Shown piece after piece: positions 7,941 through 16,972 of a stretch of 22,482 bases of DNA; position 1 is the stretch's first letter; each line of letters starts with the position of its first letter. A model generated the notes under the pieces. That model did not search any database and was not told where the DNA came from. It was given only the letters and a program-made list of their open reading frames with translations. Source of the stretch: an uncultured virus (IMG/VR IMGVR_UViG_3300044707_000881). Lineage: Duplodnaviria > Heunggongvirae > Uroviricota > Caudoviricetes. Position numbers and translations under genes: made by a program. The stretch is from the IMG/VR virus record IMGVR_UViG_3300044707_000881. One strand, 5' to 3'.

Positions 7941-9200
7941 ATGGCAAAACATCTAATAAGGCATTACGGGAAATACATTTATCGTCACGAGGACTACCAG
8001 GCAATTTGTCAAGGCGATGACTGTGCATCCCAAATACTTAGTCTTTTCGAGTTCTGGACTATTTGCAGAATAGAAGAGATTAGGCGAATAGAAAGCTATA
8101 ACGAGCAAAACAAAAGGGGGAATACGCCTTTATTGCAATCACCCGGTCTATGGCTATACGAAACAACGGGCGACATAAGCGATGGTATGCTCAACGCCTA
8201 TGGTGATTCATCTATCAGAAAATCATTGAAAAAGCTTATTGCATGGGAGTTTATTGAATCTCGAAAATCAAAAAACGACTTTGACAGAACCAAAGAATAC
8301 AAGTTCAATACTGAGTTGATTCAATCATCGCTAGATCAGTGGTGGAACGCTCAAAACATTGAAAAATCCGATCCGGTAAAAACAACGCACGAGCCGTTAG
8401 AAAAAACGTTGGAAACAGTAAAAACAACGCACGAGCCGTTAGAAAAAACGTACGAGCCGTTGAATTTAACGACTGATCTATATTCTCTAAACAGTCTTAA
8501 TAAACAATCTCTTTTAACAGAGGGCGTTGAGAGCGAAATTTCAAATACCGAAGACCCCACACCTAAGACAAATCCCCTCTTAGTCAAAAATCCAAAATCT
8601 TCGGTTTCACAAATAACCCATCCTAAAGACGGGTGTTCCGCCGCCGCGCTTCAAAACATTTACACATCTTGCGAAGATGTGTATGAGTTAATAGACCTGT
8701 TTTTGCTAAGTCCAGAAACATCTGACGCGACACCACCAAGGGAAATGATGTCTGTGTTCTGCGAGAAAGCGAAATGGCACGGGTGGGTTCTGCCTTGGCG
8801 GTCAAGCAAAATGCACCGTGAGTTCCAAAACTGCAACCCTGAGATTGTGAAAAAATTAGCCGCTGATTTGGCGAGAAGAGACAAGGCGACACCGGATCAG
8901 AAGTATGGACACGCCATAGCAACTATCAATCAGTGGGAGAAAAGCAAAGGCGGTTGGGTGAACTTGATGTCCTTATGCGATAGACCGATTTCTGATGAAC
9001 CAACCTTATCGGAGACATCACCAGAGCTATCAATTCCCCAGTACATCAAGGATTGGTACGAGTCGCAGCATGAATACCACTACCGGACGCAATACCTCAA
9101 AAGCCAGTCCCTGACTGAGTTTTTCAAGGGTAAAGACAATCAAGCTTGGTACGCATTCGCTAAAGAGAAATTCCCCTCATGGGATTGGTCAAAAGTTTAA
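7941..9200 (+). CDS. Phage replication initiator (lambda O/RepA-like organisation)
   Basis: N-terminal wHTH-like region (DSSIRKSLKKLIAWEFIE), internal iterons, immediately upstream of DnaB. Confidence 0.72.
   Translation: MAKHLIRHYGKYIYRHEDYQAICQGDDCASQILSLFEFWTICRIEEIRRIESYNEQNKRGNTPLLQSPGLWLYETTGDISDGMLNAYGDSSIRKSLKKLIAWEFIESRKSKNDFDRTKEYKFNTELIQSSLDQWWNAQNIEKSDPVKTTHEPLEKTLETVKTTHEPLEKTYEPLNLTTDLYSLNSLNKQSLLTEGVESEISNTEDPTPKTNPLLVKNPKSSVSQITHPKDGCSAAALQNIYTSCEDVYELIDLFLLSPETSDATPPREMMSVFCEKAKWHGWVLPWRSSKMHREFQNCNPEIVKKLAADLARRDKATPDQKYGHAIATINQWEKSKGGWVNLMSLCDRPISDEPTLSETSPELSIPQYIKDWYESQHEYHYRTQYLKSQSLTEFFKGKDNQAWYAFAKEKFPSWDWSKV
8376..8520 (+). repeat. Putative replication origin: five 21-bp iterons plus AT-rich tract inside the initiator gene
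   Basis: 21-bp units at 8376, 8397, 8418, 8439, 8460 (e.g. GTAAAAACAACGCACGAGCCG), followed by an AT-rich stretch. Confidence 0.7.
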
Positions 9201-9225
9201 ATCTTAAAATCAAGGATAAGGCATC

Positions 9226-10638
9226 ATGTTTACTTCAAATGAGTTAGACTTCGCTCCCAACGGGTACGACCGCTTGCCACCCCAAAATATAGAGGCTGAG
9301 GAAGTAATTTTAGGCGGGATACTATTAGACCCTGAAGCAATAACCAGAATTTGCGACCGATTACCGGCAGAAGCGTTTTACATTGATTGCCACGCAACGA
9401 TTTATAGAGCAATGCTGGATCTTCATTCAAAAGGAAAGCCAACTGACCTTTTAAGCGTGACATCTTACCTGTCAGACAGAATTGATCCTCGCACCAAGGA
9501 AAGCCAACTAAAATCAATTGGTGGCAGAAATAAAATGGCCACCTTGATTGACCGCACTGTATCAGCGGTAAATATTGATTCTCTATCAGGATTGGTTTAC
9601 GAGAAATATCTCAGGCGGGAATTGATCCGAATTTCCCACCGCAATATCAAGCTTGCCTACAGCACAGAAATTGAACTTCCAAAGATTCTGGAAGAAGCCC
9701 AAAAATCAGTATTTGATCTGACTCAATCCCAATCCGATGAGCGCCCTGAATTACTTCATGTGTCAGTGGCTATGCAAGAAATGTACTCCGATATGGAGAA
9801 AAAACTATCAGGCGAAGCCGTCCCAATCCAGTCAGGATTTTATGATCTCGATGCTCTAACTAGTGGCTTTGAGCCTAATCAATTTGTAGTGATTGGCGGA
9901 AGGCCTGCGATGGGGAAAACAGCGATTGGGGTAGATATCGCCTGGAATATTGCATCTAAGCAAAATAATCAACACAAACCTGTATTTTTCTTCTCACTAG
10001 AAATGGACAGAAGACAGTTGGCGCGGCGGTTGACAACTCGATTATCAGGGGTAGAAGGTGCGCGACTAAAAACACCGAAGATCATGAATGACGATAATTG
10101 GACGCGAATATTAATGGCGATAGAGACATCCGAAGAATCAAAGTTATACATCTGCGATCATTCTCAAATGGATATGTTTGATATTACTGGCAGTATCCGC
10201 CGATTAATAGCACGAACTGGAGAAAAGCCCGGTGCAATTTTTGTTGACCATATCCACATCTTGGCAGGGACAGAAGAGGATGCAAAAGATGAGCAATCAA
10301 AAATATCAAAAGCGTCAAGGTTGTTGAAGAATCTATCATCAGAATCAACTGGTTTTGGATGTCCTGTATTTGGTTTGGCGCAACTAAATCGAGCGGTTGA
10401 ATCAAGACAGAATAAACGCCCAATGTTGAGTGATCTTAGATCATCGGGATCTTTAGAGCAGGACGCTGATTTTGTATTTTTACTTTACAGAGATGAATAC
10501 TACAATCCTGATACCCCAGATAGAGGAATTGGGGAGGTGATTGTAGCTAAGGGACGTGATTCTGGAACAGGAACAATCAAGCTTTTGTACGATGCCCCGA
10601 TGGCTCAATTCAAGAATTTATCCAAACCACAATACTAG
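9226..10638 (+). CDS. dnaB: Replicative DNA helicase DnaB
   Basis: RLPPQNIEAEE.ILGGILLDP, GRPAMGKT, FSLEM, AQLNRAVESRQNKRPMLSDLRSSGSLEQDAD. Confidence 0.97.
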   Translation: MFTSNELDFAPNGYDRLPPQNIEAEEVILGGILLDPEAITRICDRLPAEAFYIDCHATIYRAMLDLHSKGKPTDLLSVTSYLSDRIDPRTKESQLKSIGGRNKMATLIDRTVSAVNIDSLSGLVYEKYLRRELIRISHRNIKLAYSTEIELPKILEEAQKSVFDLTQSQSDERPELLHVSVAMQEMYSDMEKKLSGEAVPIQSGFYDLDALTSGFEPNQFVVIGGRPAMGKTAIGVDIAWNIASKQNNQHKPVFFFSLEMDRRQLARRLTTRLSGVEGARLKTPKIMNDDNWTRILMAIETSEESKLYICDHSQMDMFDITGSIRRLIARTGEKPGAIFVDHIHILAGTEEDAKDEQSKISKASRLLKNLSSESTGFGCPVFGLAQLNRAVESRQNKRPMLSDLRSSGSLEQDADFVFLLYRDEYYNPDTPDRGIGEVIVAKGRDSGTGTIKLLYDAPMAQFKNLSKPQY

Positions 10639-10712
10639 CCATAAATAGCGACAATGTTGGCTGATCTGTCAACATCAAAGTTTATGAATTTATCTAAACC
10701 CAAATATTAACC

Positions 10713-11714
10713 ATGAATGCAGAGCAACTGAAGATTATCGCAGAAAATTCACCCCGTGAAGCTGCCAAAATCCTAAATATTCACATCAGAAATGTCCGAT
10801 ATCACAAGCAAAGAATGGAGGGGAAGAGCGTGAAACAGCTAAAACAACCCAAGACAAACTATAAGAAATGGACGCAAGAAGAGGACAATTATTTACTTAC
10901 TTTCGGGAATGATTCAACTTATCCAGAGTTAGAAGAAACACTTAAAGCGTCTCGCACTCAAATAGACCATAGATGCAAAGCATTAGGCGTTTCTCCAAAG
11001 AAACAGACAAACTATAAGAAATGGACGCAAGAAGAGGACAATTATTTACTTACTTTCGGGAATGATTCAACTTATCCAGAGTTAGAAGAAACACTTAAAG
11101 CGTCTCGCACTCAAATAGACCATAGATGCAAAGCATTAGGCGTTTCTCCAAAGAAACTAAAACATCATAAAATCTTCACAGAAGAGGAAAAGGAGATTTG
11201 CTTACAAGGCTATCTTCACCAAGCAGCGGAAAAGCTGGGAGTCTCCATTCCAACTGCTGGACGACGTAGGAGGGAACTACTGAAAATAGATTTAGTGCCA
11301 TTACCACTACCTACACCAACAAGATCGCTGATAAATTTTGTTGGTTTCAACGATGTCAAACAACCCGTAGAACCAACAATAGAATCAAGCATAGAATCAA
11401 GCATGGAATCAATAACAGATCCAGTAGTAGAGCCAACATGGACACCTAAAAACGACATACTTTTGATCAAGCGAATTAGCAATAATTCCATTGACAAAGT
11501 TGCCAAATTATTTGGACAACCTGAAGAACAAGTCAAGATTGGGATTAATGAAATTTTGTCGCAATTCCCAGAAATGACTGTCGGACAAATTCATCAAACG
11601 AAACTTATTCATTCCTATAGCCCTAAATCGGCTGTGAGATATTGCGAGGTAATTCGGGAATATGCAAAGAACAGAGCCGCATATTCACCAGCAAGAATTA
11701 AGAACGACAGATGA
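10713..11714 (+). CDS. Myb/SANT-like HTH repeat DNA-binding protein
   Basis: Repeated (W/F)TxEE modules: WTQEEDNYL x2, FTEEEKEI, WTPKNDILL. Confidence 0.6.
   Translation: MNAEQLKIIAENSPREAAKILNIHIRNVRYHKQRMEGKSVKQLKQPKTNYKKWTQEEDNYLLTFGNDSTYPELEETLKASRTQIDHRCKALGVSPKKQTNYKKWTQEEDNYLLTFGNDSTYPELEETLKASRTQIDHRCKALGVSPKKLKHHKIFTEEEKEICLQGYLHQAAEKLGVSIPTAGRRRRELLKIDLVPLPLPTPTRSLINFVGFNDVKQPVEPTIESSIESSMESITDPVVEPTWTPKNDILLIKRISNNSIDKVAKLFGQPEEQVKIGINEILSQFPEMTVGQIHQTKLIHSYSPKSAVRYCEVIREYAKNRAAYSPARIKNDR
10852..11157 (+). repeat. Perfect 153-bp tandem duplication (51 aa)
   Basis: Identical copies at 10852-11004 and 11005-11157. Confidence 0.95.
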
Positions 11715-12391
11715 ACCAATTAACTTTAGATTTTCCCGTAGAAGAAATCCCAAAACCAATCATGAAACGTCATGATTTTGACCGTTACGATAGTCCCCAC
11801 TGGTTTGTCACCCATTTACCCAATTACGTCAAATTAGAGGGCATCGTCGGCGAACCCTGTAAAGGTAGTGGGAATATATCAAATTTACTCCCCTACTTTG
11901 ACCAGGTAGGCTATCACTGGACAAACGATCTAGACCCGTCGGTTGATGCAGATTTTAACCTTGACGCGGCTGATCCAAAGTCATGGGAACAACTGCCTGA
12001 AGCTGATTGGATTATCACAAATCCGCCATTTAATGCAGCTTTACCAATTCTCAAAAACAGCTTAAATCATGCGCGATTGGGCGTGGTTTTCTTCTTAAGA
12101 CTATCGTTTGTCGAACCAACAGAAGAACGCGGACAATGGTTGTTTGCAAACCCTCGCAATTTAGATTTAATTTACCCAAGATTCAAATTTAGAAAACGTA
12201 AGGATGGTAAGCAATGGCAGACGGATTCAGTGCCAATTATCGCTATGATTTGGCGCAAAGATTCAGATGAAAGATTAGGATCAATCACCATTCCCCAATC
12301 ACATATTTTGGGGTTTCACGACAACCCTGAGAATGCGCCAAGTTTTGATCGGCAAGTGGAAGTTTTGCGACAAGTTCAGTCTAATACTTAG
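11711..12391 (+). CDS. Orphan phage DNA N6-adenine methyltransferase
   Basis: SAM-binding EPCKGSG, then catalytic ITNPPF. Confidence 0.85.
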   Translation: MNQLTLDFPVEEIPKPIMKRHDFDRYDSPHWFVTHLPNYVKLEGIVGEPCKGSGNISNLLPYFDQVGYHWTNDLDPSVDADFNLDAADPKSWEQLPEADWIITNPPFNAALPILKNSLNHARLGVVFFLRLSFVEPTEERGQWLFANPRNLDLIYPRFKFRKRKDGKQWQTDSVPIIAMIWRKDSDERLGSITIPQSHILGFHDNPENAPSFDRQVEVLRQVQSNT

Positions 12392-12404
12392 GAGGCGATT
12401 AATC

Positions 12405-12452
12405 ATGGATACATTACTAATCTCGCTACATCCGCGCCAAATTAGGAGTTAA
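12405..12452 (+). pseudogene. Possible truncated ASCH-domain gene remnant
   Basis: AGGAGG RBS then MDTLLISLHPRQIRS*, resembling the ASCH N-terminal 'ILISIHP' motif. Confidence 0.35.
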
Positions 12453-12457
12453 ATTCA

Positions 12458-13825
12458 ATGGATGATGACGATCTAATCCCCTGGAATCCTGCCCATTTCG
12501 GACACACGGATTTTCAAAAAGAAACCGACGGGCAACTAACAATCTTCTTTGAAGACACGAACGAACCACCAGACCCGGACGATTTCGCCAGTATTGCAGC
12601 TTACGAAATCGCCTGGACTGAATGGGAACAAACACAAACTTTACCACAAGAGGGCAAACAAATGACATTCAATATCACAACACCGTTTGACAGCGAAATC
12701 GAACAACTCAAAGCTAAATTAGCGGAACTGGAAACCCAAAAGCACCGCGTCTCTACCTGTGCGAATAGGATTGTTGAGCAGATTGGGGAATGTGTTGTTG
12801 AGATGAAAGAAGCGGGGGTAGGAAAGGATAGTTTATTTTCGTGGGCTGAAACAATTTTCAGTACAATCACCGGAGACTTTTTACCTCAAGAAAAATTAAA
12901 TGAATCTCAAGATCAGATTGACGATTTAACCAAAGAGCGTAATGAGGCACTACAAAAAATCACCGATTTAACTGCGGCCAGTTTACGAGTTTCTGAAGAA
13001 TTGAAAGGTGTCCGCGACAGTTTAGCGATCGCCAATCAAGAATCTTTTGACGCTCGGAAGGAATTGGCGGATCTTGAACTAAAGCGGTTGGACATAAACC
13101 AAGAAACTTCTAGCAGCAATTTAATTGAAGGCTACAAAAAGACCATTGTAGAGTTAACTATCGCCAATCAAAAAATAACTGAAGAGTTGTTAAAACTACG
13201 CGGTGAATTACCATTAGTGGAATTGGTAAAGCACATGGAAGAAACTAGCGCTCAACCCGAAGAATCAGAGGAAGATCCGCGCCAAAACGCGGCATTTTTA
13301 GAGGCTACAAACAATCAAGAAATTGTCTCAGAATTTCTCAGAAAACTAGACAGAATCGCCCGTGTTGATAAGTTGGATTGGGTGAAAATCAAAGAACTCC
13401 CTCTCAATCTTGAAACCATGCGGGAGTTAGGATTGCAAGTAAGTTCTAAGTCCAAAACCCACAAATACCTATTGGAACAAATGCCCGTAATGTGCGCCAA
13501 GTACATTGAAGAGACTGGCGATAGTTCGGATTTAGATTGGTTGCCAGGACATTTTGTGGAGTCAGTTCGTGAGGCTTTAGTAGAGATTGACAGTGAATCA
13601 ACAGGTGAGGAAGATGAGGAAGTAAAAAAGTCTCCTCGATCTACGTCCCTTTCTGAAGTAAAACCAGTATTCCAGCGTGGTGATACTGTCCGCCACGTAA
13701 TCACAAATCAACAATTCACGGTATTAGACGTTAATAACGAATGGTTGAACGTCCAGGACTCTGAGGGACTAACCGATATGTGGCAAGCCTCCAATCTTGA
13801 ATTAGTTGCAGAATTAGCCGCATAA
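12458..13825 (+). CDS. Acidic coiled-coil protein with C-terminal SH3/KOW-like domain
   Basis: Heptad-rich centre and C-terminal FQRGDTVRH...FTVLDV...WQASNLELV. N-terminal EPPDPDDF motif; alternative start at 12662. Confidence 0.65.
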   Translation: MDDDDLIPWNPAHFGHTDFQKETDGQLTIFFEDTNEPPDPDDFASIAAYEIAWTEWEQTQTLPQEGKQMTFNITTPFDSEIEQLKAKLAELETQKHRVSTCANRIVEQIGECVVEMKEAGVGKDSLFSWAETIFSTITGDFLPQEKLNESQDQIDDLTKERNEALQKITDLTAASLRVSEELKGVRDSLAIANQESFDARKELADLELKRLDINQETSSSNLIEGYKKTIVELTIANQKITEELLKLRGELPLVELVKHMEETSAQPEESEEDPRQNAAFLEATNNQEIVSEFLRKLDRIARVDKLDWVKIKELPLNLETMRELGLQVSSKSKTHKYLLEQMPVMCAKYIEETGDSSDLDWLPGHFVESVREALVEIDSESTGEEDEEVKKSPRSTSLSEVKPVFQRGDTVRHVITNQQFTVLDVNNEWLNVQDSEGLTDMWQASNLELVAELAA

Positions 13826-13893
13826 GGTATATTATCGGTATATCTATAGAAGAACTGATATACCGAAACCCAGATTACACCCCAATCACTCCT

Positions 13894-13922
13894 AACCACC
13901 TCTGCGCGGGGGTGGTTTTTTT
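13894..13922 (+). terminator. Rho-independent terminator between replication and head modules
   Basis: AACCACCTCT-GCGC-GGGGGTGGTT followed by a T-tract. Confidence 0.8.
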
Positions 13923-13948
13923 ATTGGGGAAATCTCAAATAAAAAACT

Positions 13949-15433
13949 ATGCCAACACTAGAAGCACTTAAACGCCGTCACCCTGAACATATCCAATTTT
14001 GCGAGTATTGGGAATTGCTCACCGCAGTAGTTGAGGGTGGCGACTCAATGACCGATGTTATGAAACGGAAGTTACTCCCCAACCCCGACGGCAGGCCAGA
14101 GGAAGTCATGAAGGAGCGGGTCAAGCTGGCGACTTACTGCAATAAAATCTCGCCAATTTTGAGCCGCTTCAACTCTGAATTATTTAAAAACCCGGCTGTA
14201 CCAACTGGCAGTAATGACTCGTTTTGGAGTGATGAGTTTTTAAAGAATGGCGCATTATTAGAAGGTGACGACGACGGGCGGGCATCGTTCAATACTTTCT
14301 TGATGAATAGTATGTTTATGGCGTTAACGACTGGTAAAGCTATTGCACAAATAGATACTAAATCAGCGGTTGGGGCGGTTTCGCTTGCACAGCAAAAAGA
14401 GTCAGGAGAGTTAAATCCGTATGTAATTCTCCACCCTAGAACTGCTTTATGGGATTGGAAAAGCGGACGGGACGGGTTCAGTTTTTGCAAGTTACATCAG
14501 TTTCAACTAGTGCAGCAAACGTGGGATAGTGCGCCAGTTCCACAGCATATTTTTACTATTTTTTACCGTAGAGACGGGGCGGTTTTTACTTCTAAATATA
14601 TTGCTAGGTTAATTCCCAAAGACAATAAACCCGTACCGCCAAATCCATTTATTAACACGGCAACTGATAAAGAAATAACGATTGAAACTGTTATCGAAGA
14701 CCAGCCAATTTTCAATGTGCGAGGTAAGTTTGAATTTCCAATCGTTACTCTGACTTTACCTAAATCACTATGGATGGCGGCGCAATTGTTTGATTGTCAA
14801 AAGTCGTATTTCAATCAAACCGCAGCGATGGAATACGCGCTTTACACAAATAATTACGCAATGCCCGTGATTACGGGCGTGGACGATGAAGATGATGATC
14901 CACTGCAAAATCGGAAAATGGGAGACGGGTATTATCTGACTCTGAAAACCGGACAATCAATAACATCATTTGAACGTAGCGGCGCAAATATTCAGACAGC
15001 TATCGGGTATCGCTCGGAAATTAAACGGGATATTTATGATGTTTTGCAGCAAATAGCCATGAGTGCGTCTGATGGCGCGGCGATTATTGCCCGTTCTGGA
15101 GTCTCTAAGGCTGAGGATAGAAGGCCAGAAGAAATCCTGTTAGAGCGCTACGGACAATGTGTTAAGGAATTTGTTTTGCAAGTTTTGAAACCCGCAGCGA
15201 TCGCCCACGGTGAAATTGTTGATTGGGAGATTACAGGCTATGATGAGTTTCTGGGCTTTTCGCTGACGGAACTTTTAGAGGATATGGCTCTCATTGATAC
15301 TGCAAATATTCCGTCCCCAATATTTAAAAAGGAAGTGCAAAAGCATTTTGTGAAACGGGCTGCCAGAAGTTATGACCTTGATCCGCAAGCCGTTCAATTG
15401 GCACTTGCGGAAATTGACGCAACGGATTTGTGA
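13949..15433 (+). CDS. Phage portal protein
   Basis: 494 aa; RHPEH....YWELL..VVEGG N-terminus and RSGVSKAED motif as in DUF4055-type portals; upstream of scaffold/capsid. Confidence 0.78.
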   Translation: MPTLEALKRRHPEHIQFCEYWELLTAVVEGGDSMTDVMKRKLLPNPDGRPEEVMKERVKLATYCNKISPILSRFNSELFKNPAVPTGSNDSFWSDEFLKNGALLEGDDDGRASFNTFLMNSMFMALTTGKAIAQIDTKSAVGAVSLAQQKESGELNPYVILHPRTALWDWKSGRDGFSFCKLHQFQLVQQTWDSAPVPQHIFTIFYRRDGAVFTSKYIARLIPKDNKPVPPNPFINTATDKEITIETVIEDQPIFNVRGKFEFPIVTLTLPKSLWMAAQLFDCQKSYFNQTAAMEYALYTNNYAMPVITGVDDEDDDPLQNRKMGDGYYLTLKTGQSITSFERSGANIQTAIGYRSEIKRDIYDVLQQIAMSASDGAAIIARSGVSKAEDRRPEEILLERYGQCVKEFVLQVLKPAAIAHGEIVDWEITGYDEFLGFSLTELLEDMALIDTANIPSPIFKKEVQKHFVKRAARSYDLDPQAVQLALAEIDATDL

Positions 15434-15444
15434 TGCGATCGCTA

Positions 15445-15879
15445 TTAGACCATTAATTCTTCCACATCACTCACCAAAATAGCTCCATATCCTGCCAATT
15501 CAGCAGGGCTTATTAATATTTGTGCTTGATAATTAGGGTCTAATTCAGTCCTTTGAAGTAATACTAAAATTGCATCATAACTTTCTTGACTTAATTTTCC
15601 ACCACGTTTTAAAGTAGTAAGATTTCCAACAATCCAATCAAGTCTATTCTGATTAATTGCGTCAAGAATCTTATCGTAAATTGGACTCTCAGCTATAGCT
15701 AAAACTTCATCATCCGTAACTACATCCGATACTTCCTCTAAGGTAGTTGTCACAGGGACTTGTCCTATAGGAACTGGATTATTAACTAATACCTTATCGT
15801 TCAAATATGAAGTTAATTCCCTAGCAGATAATTCAGGAAATTCATTGATTTGACTAAGTAGCCAGGTTTGTTTGTTCAT
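15445..15879 (-). CDS. Hypothetical protein (third gene of inverted cassette)
   Basis: ATG 15879 (MNKQTWLL...) lies 7 nt after the propeller stop. Confidence 0.7.
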   Translation of the reverse strand: MNKQTWLLSQINEFPELSARELTSYLNDKVLVNNPVPIGQVPVTTTLEEVSDVVTDDEVLAIAESPIYDKILDAINQNRLDWIVGNLTTLKRGGKLSQESYDAILVLLQRTELDPNYQAQILISPAELAGYGAILVSDVEELMV

Positions 15880-15886
15880 AGTTTTT

Positions 15887-16972
15887 TTAGAATTTATTAT
15901 CAAAAGCAGAGTGAGTTCTTCCTATAGGAAGATTATTGCTAAGTGGAAGTCCGTATATTCTAGCTGTAGTAGAGTTACAAGGAACACAGAATACTCTACC
16001 ATCAGGTAACAATACTCCTGCAGCAAAACCAGCAGCACCCGAATGATAAGTACCTGATGGAGTTGTTAAAGTATCTGTAATTGGATTGTATATTCTAGCT
16101 GTAGGAGAATTAAAAGGAACACAGAATACTCTACCATCAGGTAACAATACTCCTCCAGCAAAACTCGGATAAGTACCTGATGGAGTTGTTAAAGTATCTG
16201 TAATTGGATTGTATATTCTAGCTGTAGGAGAATTAAAAGGAACACAGAATACTCTACCATCAGGTAACAATACTCCTCCAAGAAAACCACCACTACCCGT
16301 ATAAGTACCTGATGGAGTTGTTAAAGTATCTGTAATTGGATTGTATATTCTAGCTGTAGGAGAATTATGAGGAACACAGAATACTCTACCATCAGGTAAC
16401 AATACTCCTCCAGCAAAACCAAAAGTAACCGTATAAGTACCTGGTGGAGTTGTTAAAGTATCTGTAATTGGATTGTATATTCTAGCTGTAGGAGAGTTAT
16501 GAGGAACACAGAATACTCTACCATCAGGTAACAATACTCCTCCAAGAAAACCACCACTACCCGTATAAGTACCTGATGGAGTTGTTAAAGTATCTGTAAT
16601 TGGATTGTATATTCTAGCTGTAGGAGAGTTATGAGGAACACAGAATACTCTACCATCAGGTAACAATACTCCTCCAGCAAAACTCGGATAAGTACCTGAT
16701 GGAGTTGTTAAAGTATCTGTAATTGGATTGTATATTCTAGCTGTAGGAGAATTAAAAGGAACACAGAATACTCTACCATCAGGTAACAATACTCCTCCAA
16801 CAAAAGTAAAAGTACCCGGATAAGTACCTGATGGAGTTGTTAGTATGTCTGTCACGCTCCCATAATTGTAACTACGGGCTGCTATAAAATTAGCAACGGG
16901 TTCGAGAGGAAAATAGTAGTTTGGAAAAGAAGAGTTCTTCCCCAATACCACAACCTTAGTAGAAGTCCTCAT
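15887..16972 (-). CDS. Seven-bladed Kelch-like beta-propeller with near-identical blades
   Basis: 7 repeats of GGVLLPDGRVFCVPxNSPTARIYNPITDTLTTPSGTY separated by variable loops. Confidence 0.85.
   Translation of the reverse strand: MRTSTKVVVLGKNSSFPNYYFPLEPVANFIAARSYNYGSVTDILTTPSGTYPGTFTFVGGVLLPDGRVFCVPFNSPTARIYNPITDTLTTPSGTYPSFAGGVLLPDGRVFCVPHNSPTARIYNPITDTLTTPSGTYTGSGGFLGGVLLPDGRVFCVPHNSPTARIYNPITDTLTTPPGTYTVTFGFAGGVLLPDGRVFCVPHNSPTARIYNPITDTLTTPSGTYTGSGGFLGGVLLPDGRVFCVPFNSPTARIYNPITDTLTTPSGTYPSFAGGVLLPDGRVFCVPFNSPTARIYNPITDTLTTPSGTYHSGAAGFAAGVLLPDGRVFCVPCNSTTARIYGLPLSNNLPIGRTHSAFDNKF
15953..16842 (-). repeat. Tandem array of seven 123-135 bp coding repeats
   Basis: Nearly invariant core with one variable segment and a few variable codons per unit. 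Confidence 0.95.

Noticed and set aside
11711..12391. Restriction-modification system
   Set aside because: No adjacent endonuclease recognisable; orphan MTases are common in phage replication modules
15953..16842. Repeat-spacer-like array as CRISPR
   Set aside because: Repeats are over 100 bp and in-frame coding, the variable parts are short and recur, and there are no cas genes
15887..16972. Complete diversity-generating retroelement
   Set aside because: No reverse transcriptase, Avd or non-coding template repeat in the window; many invariant adenines in the repeats
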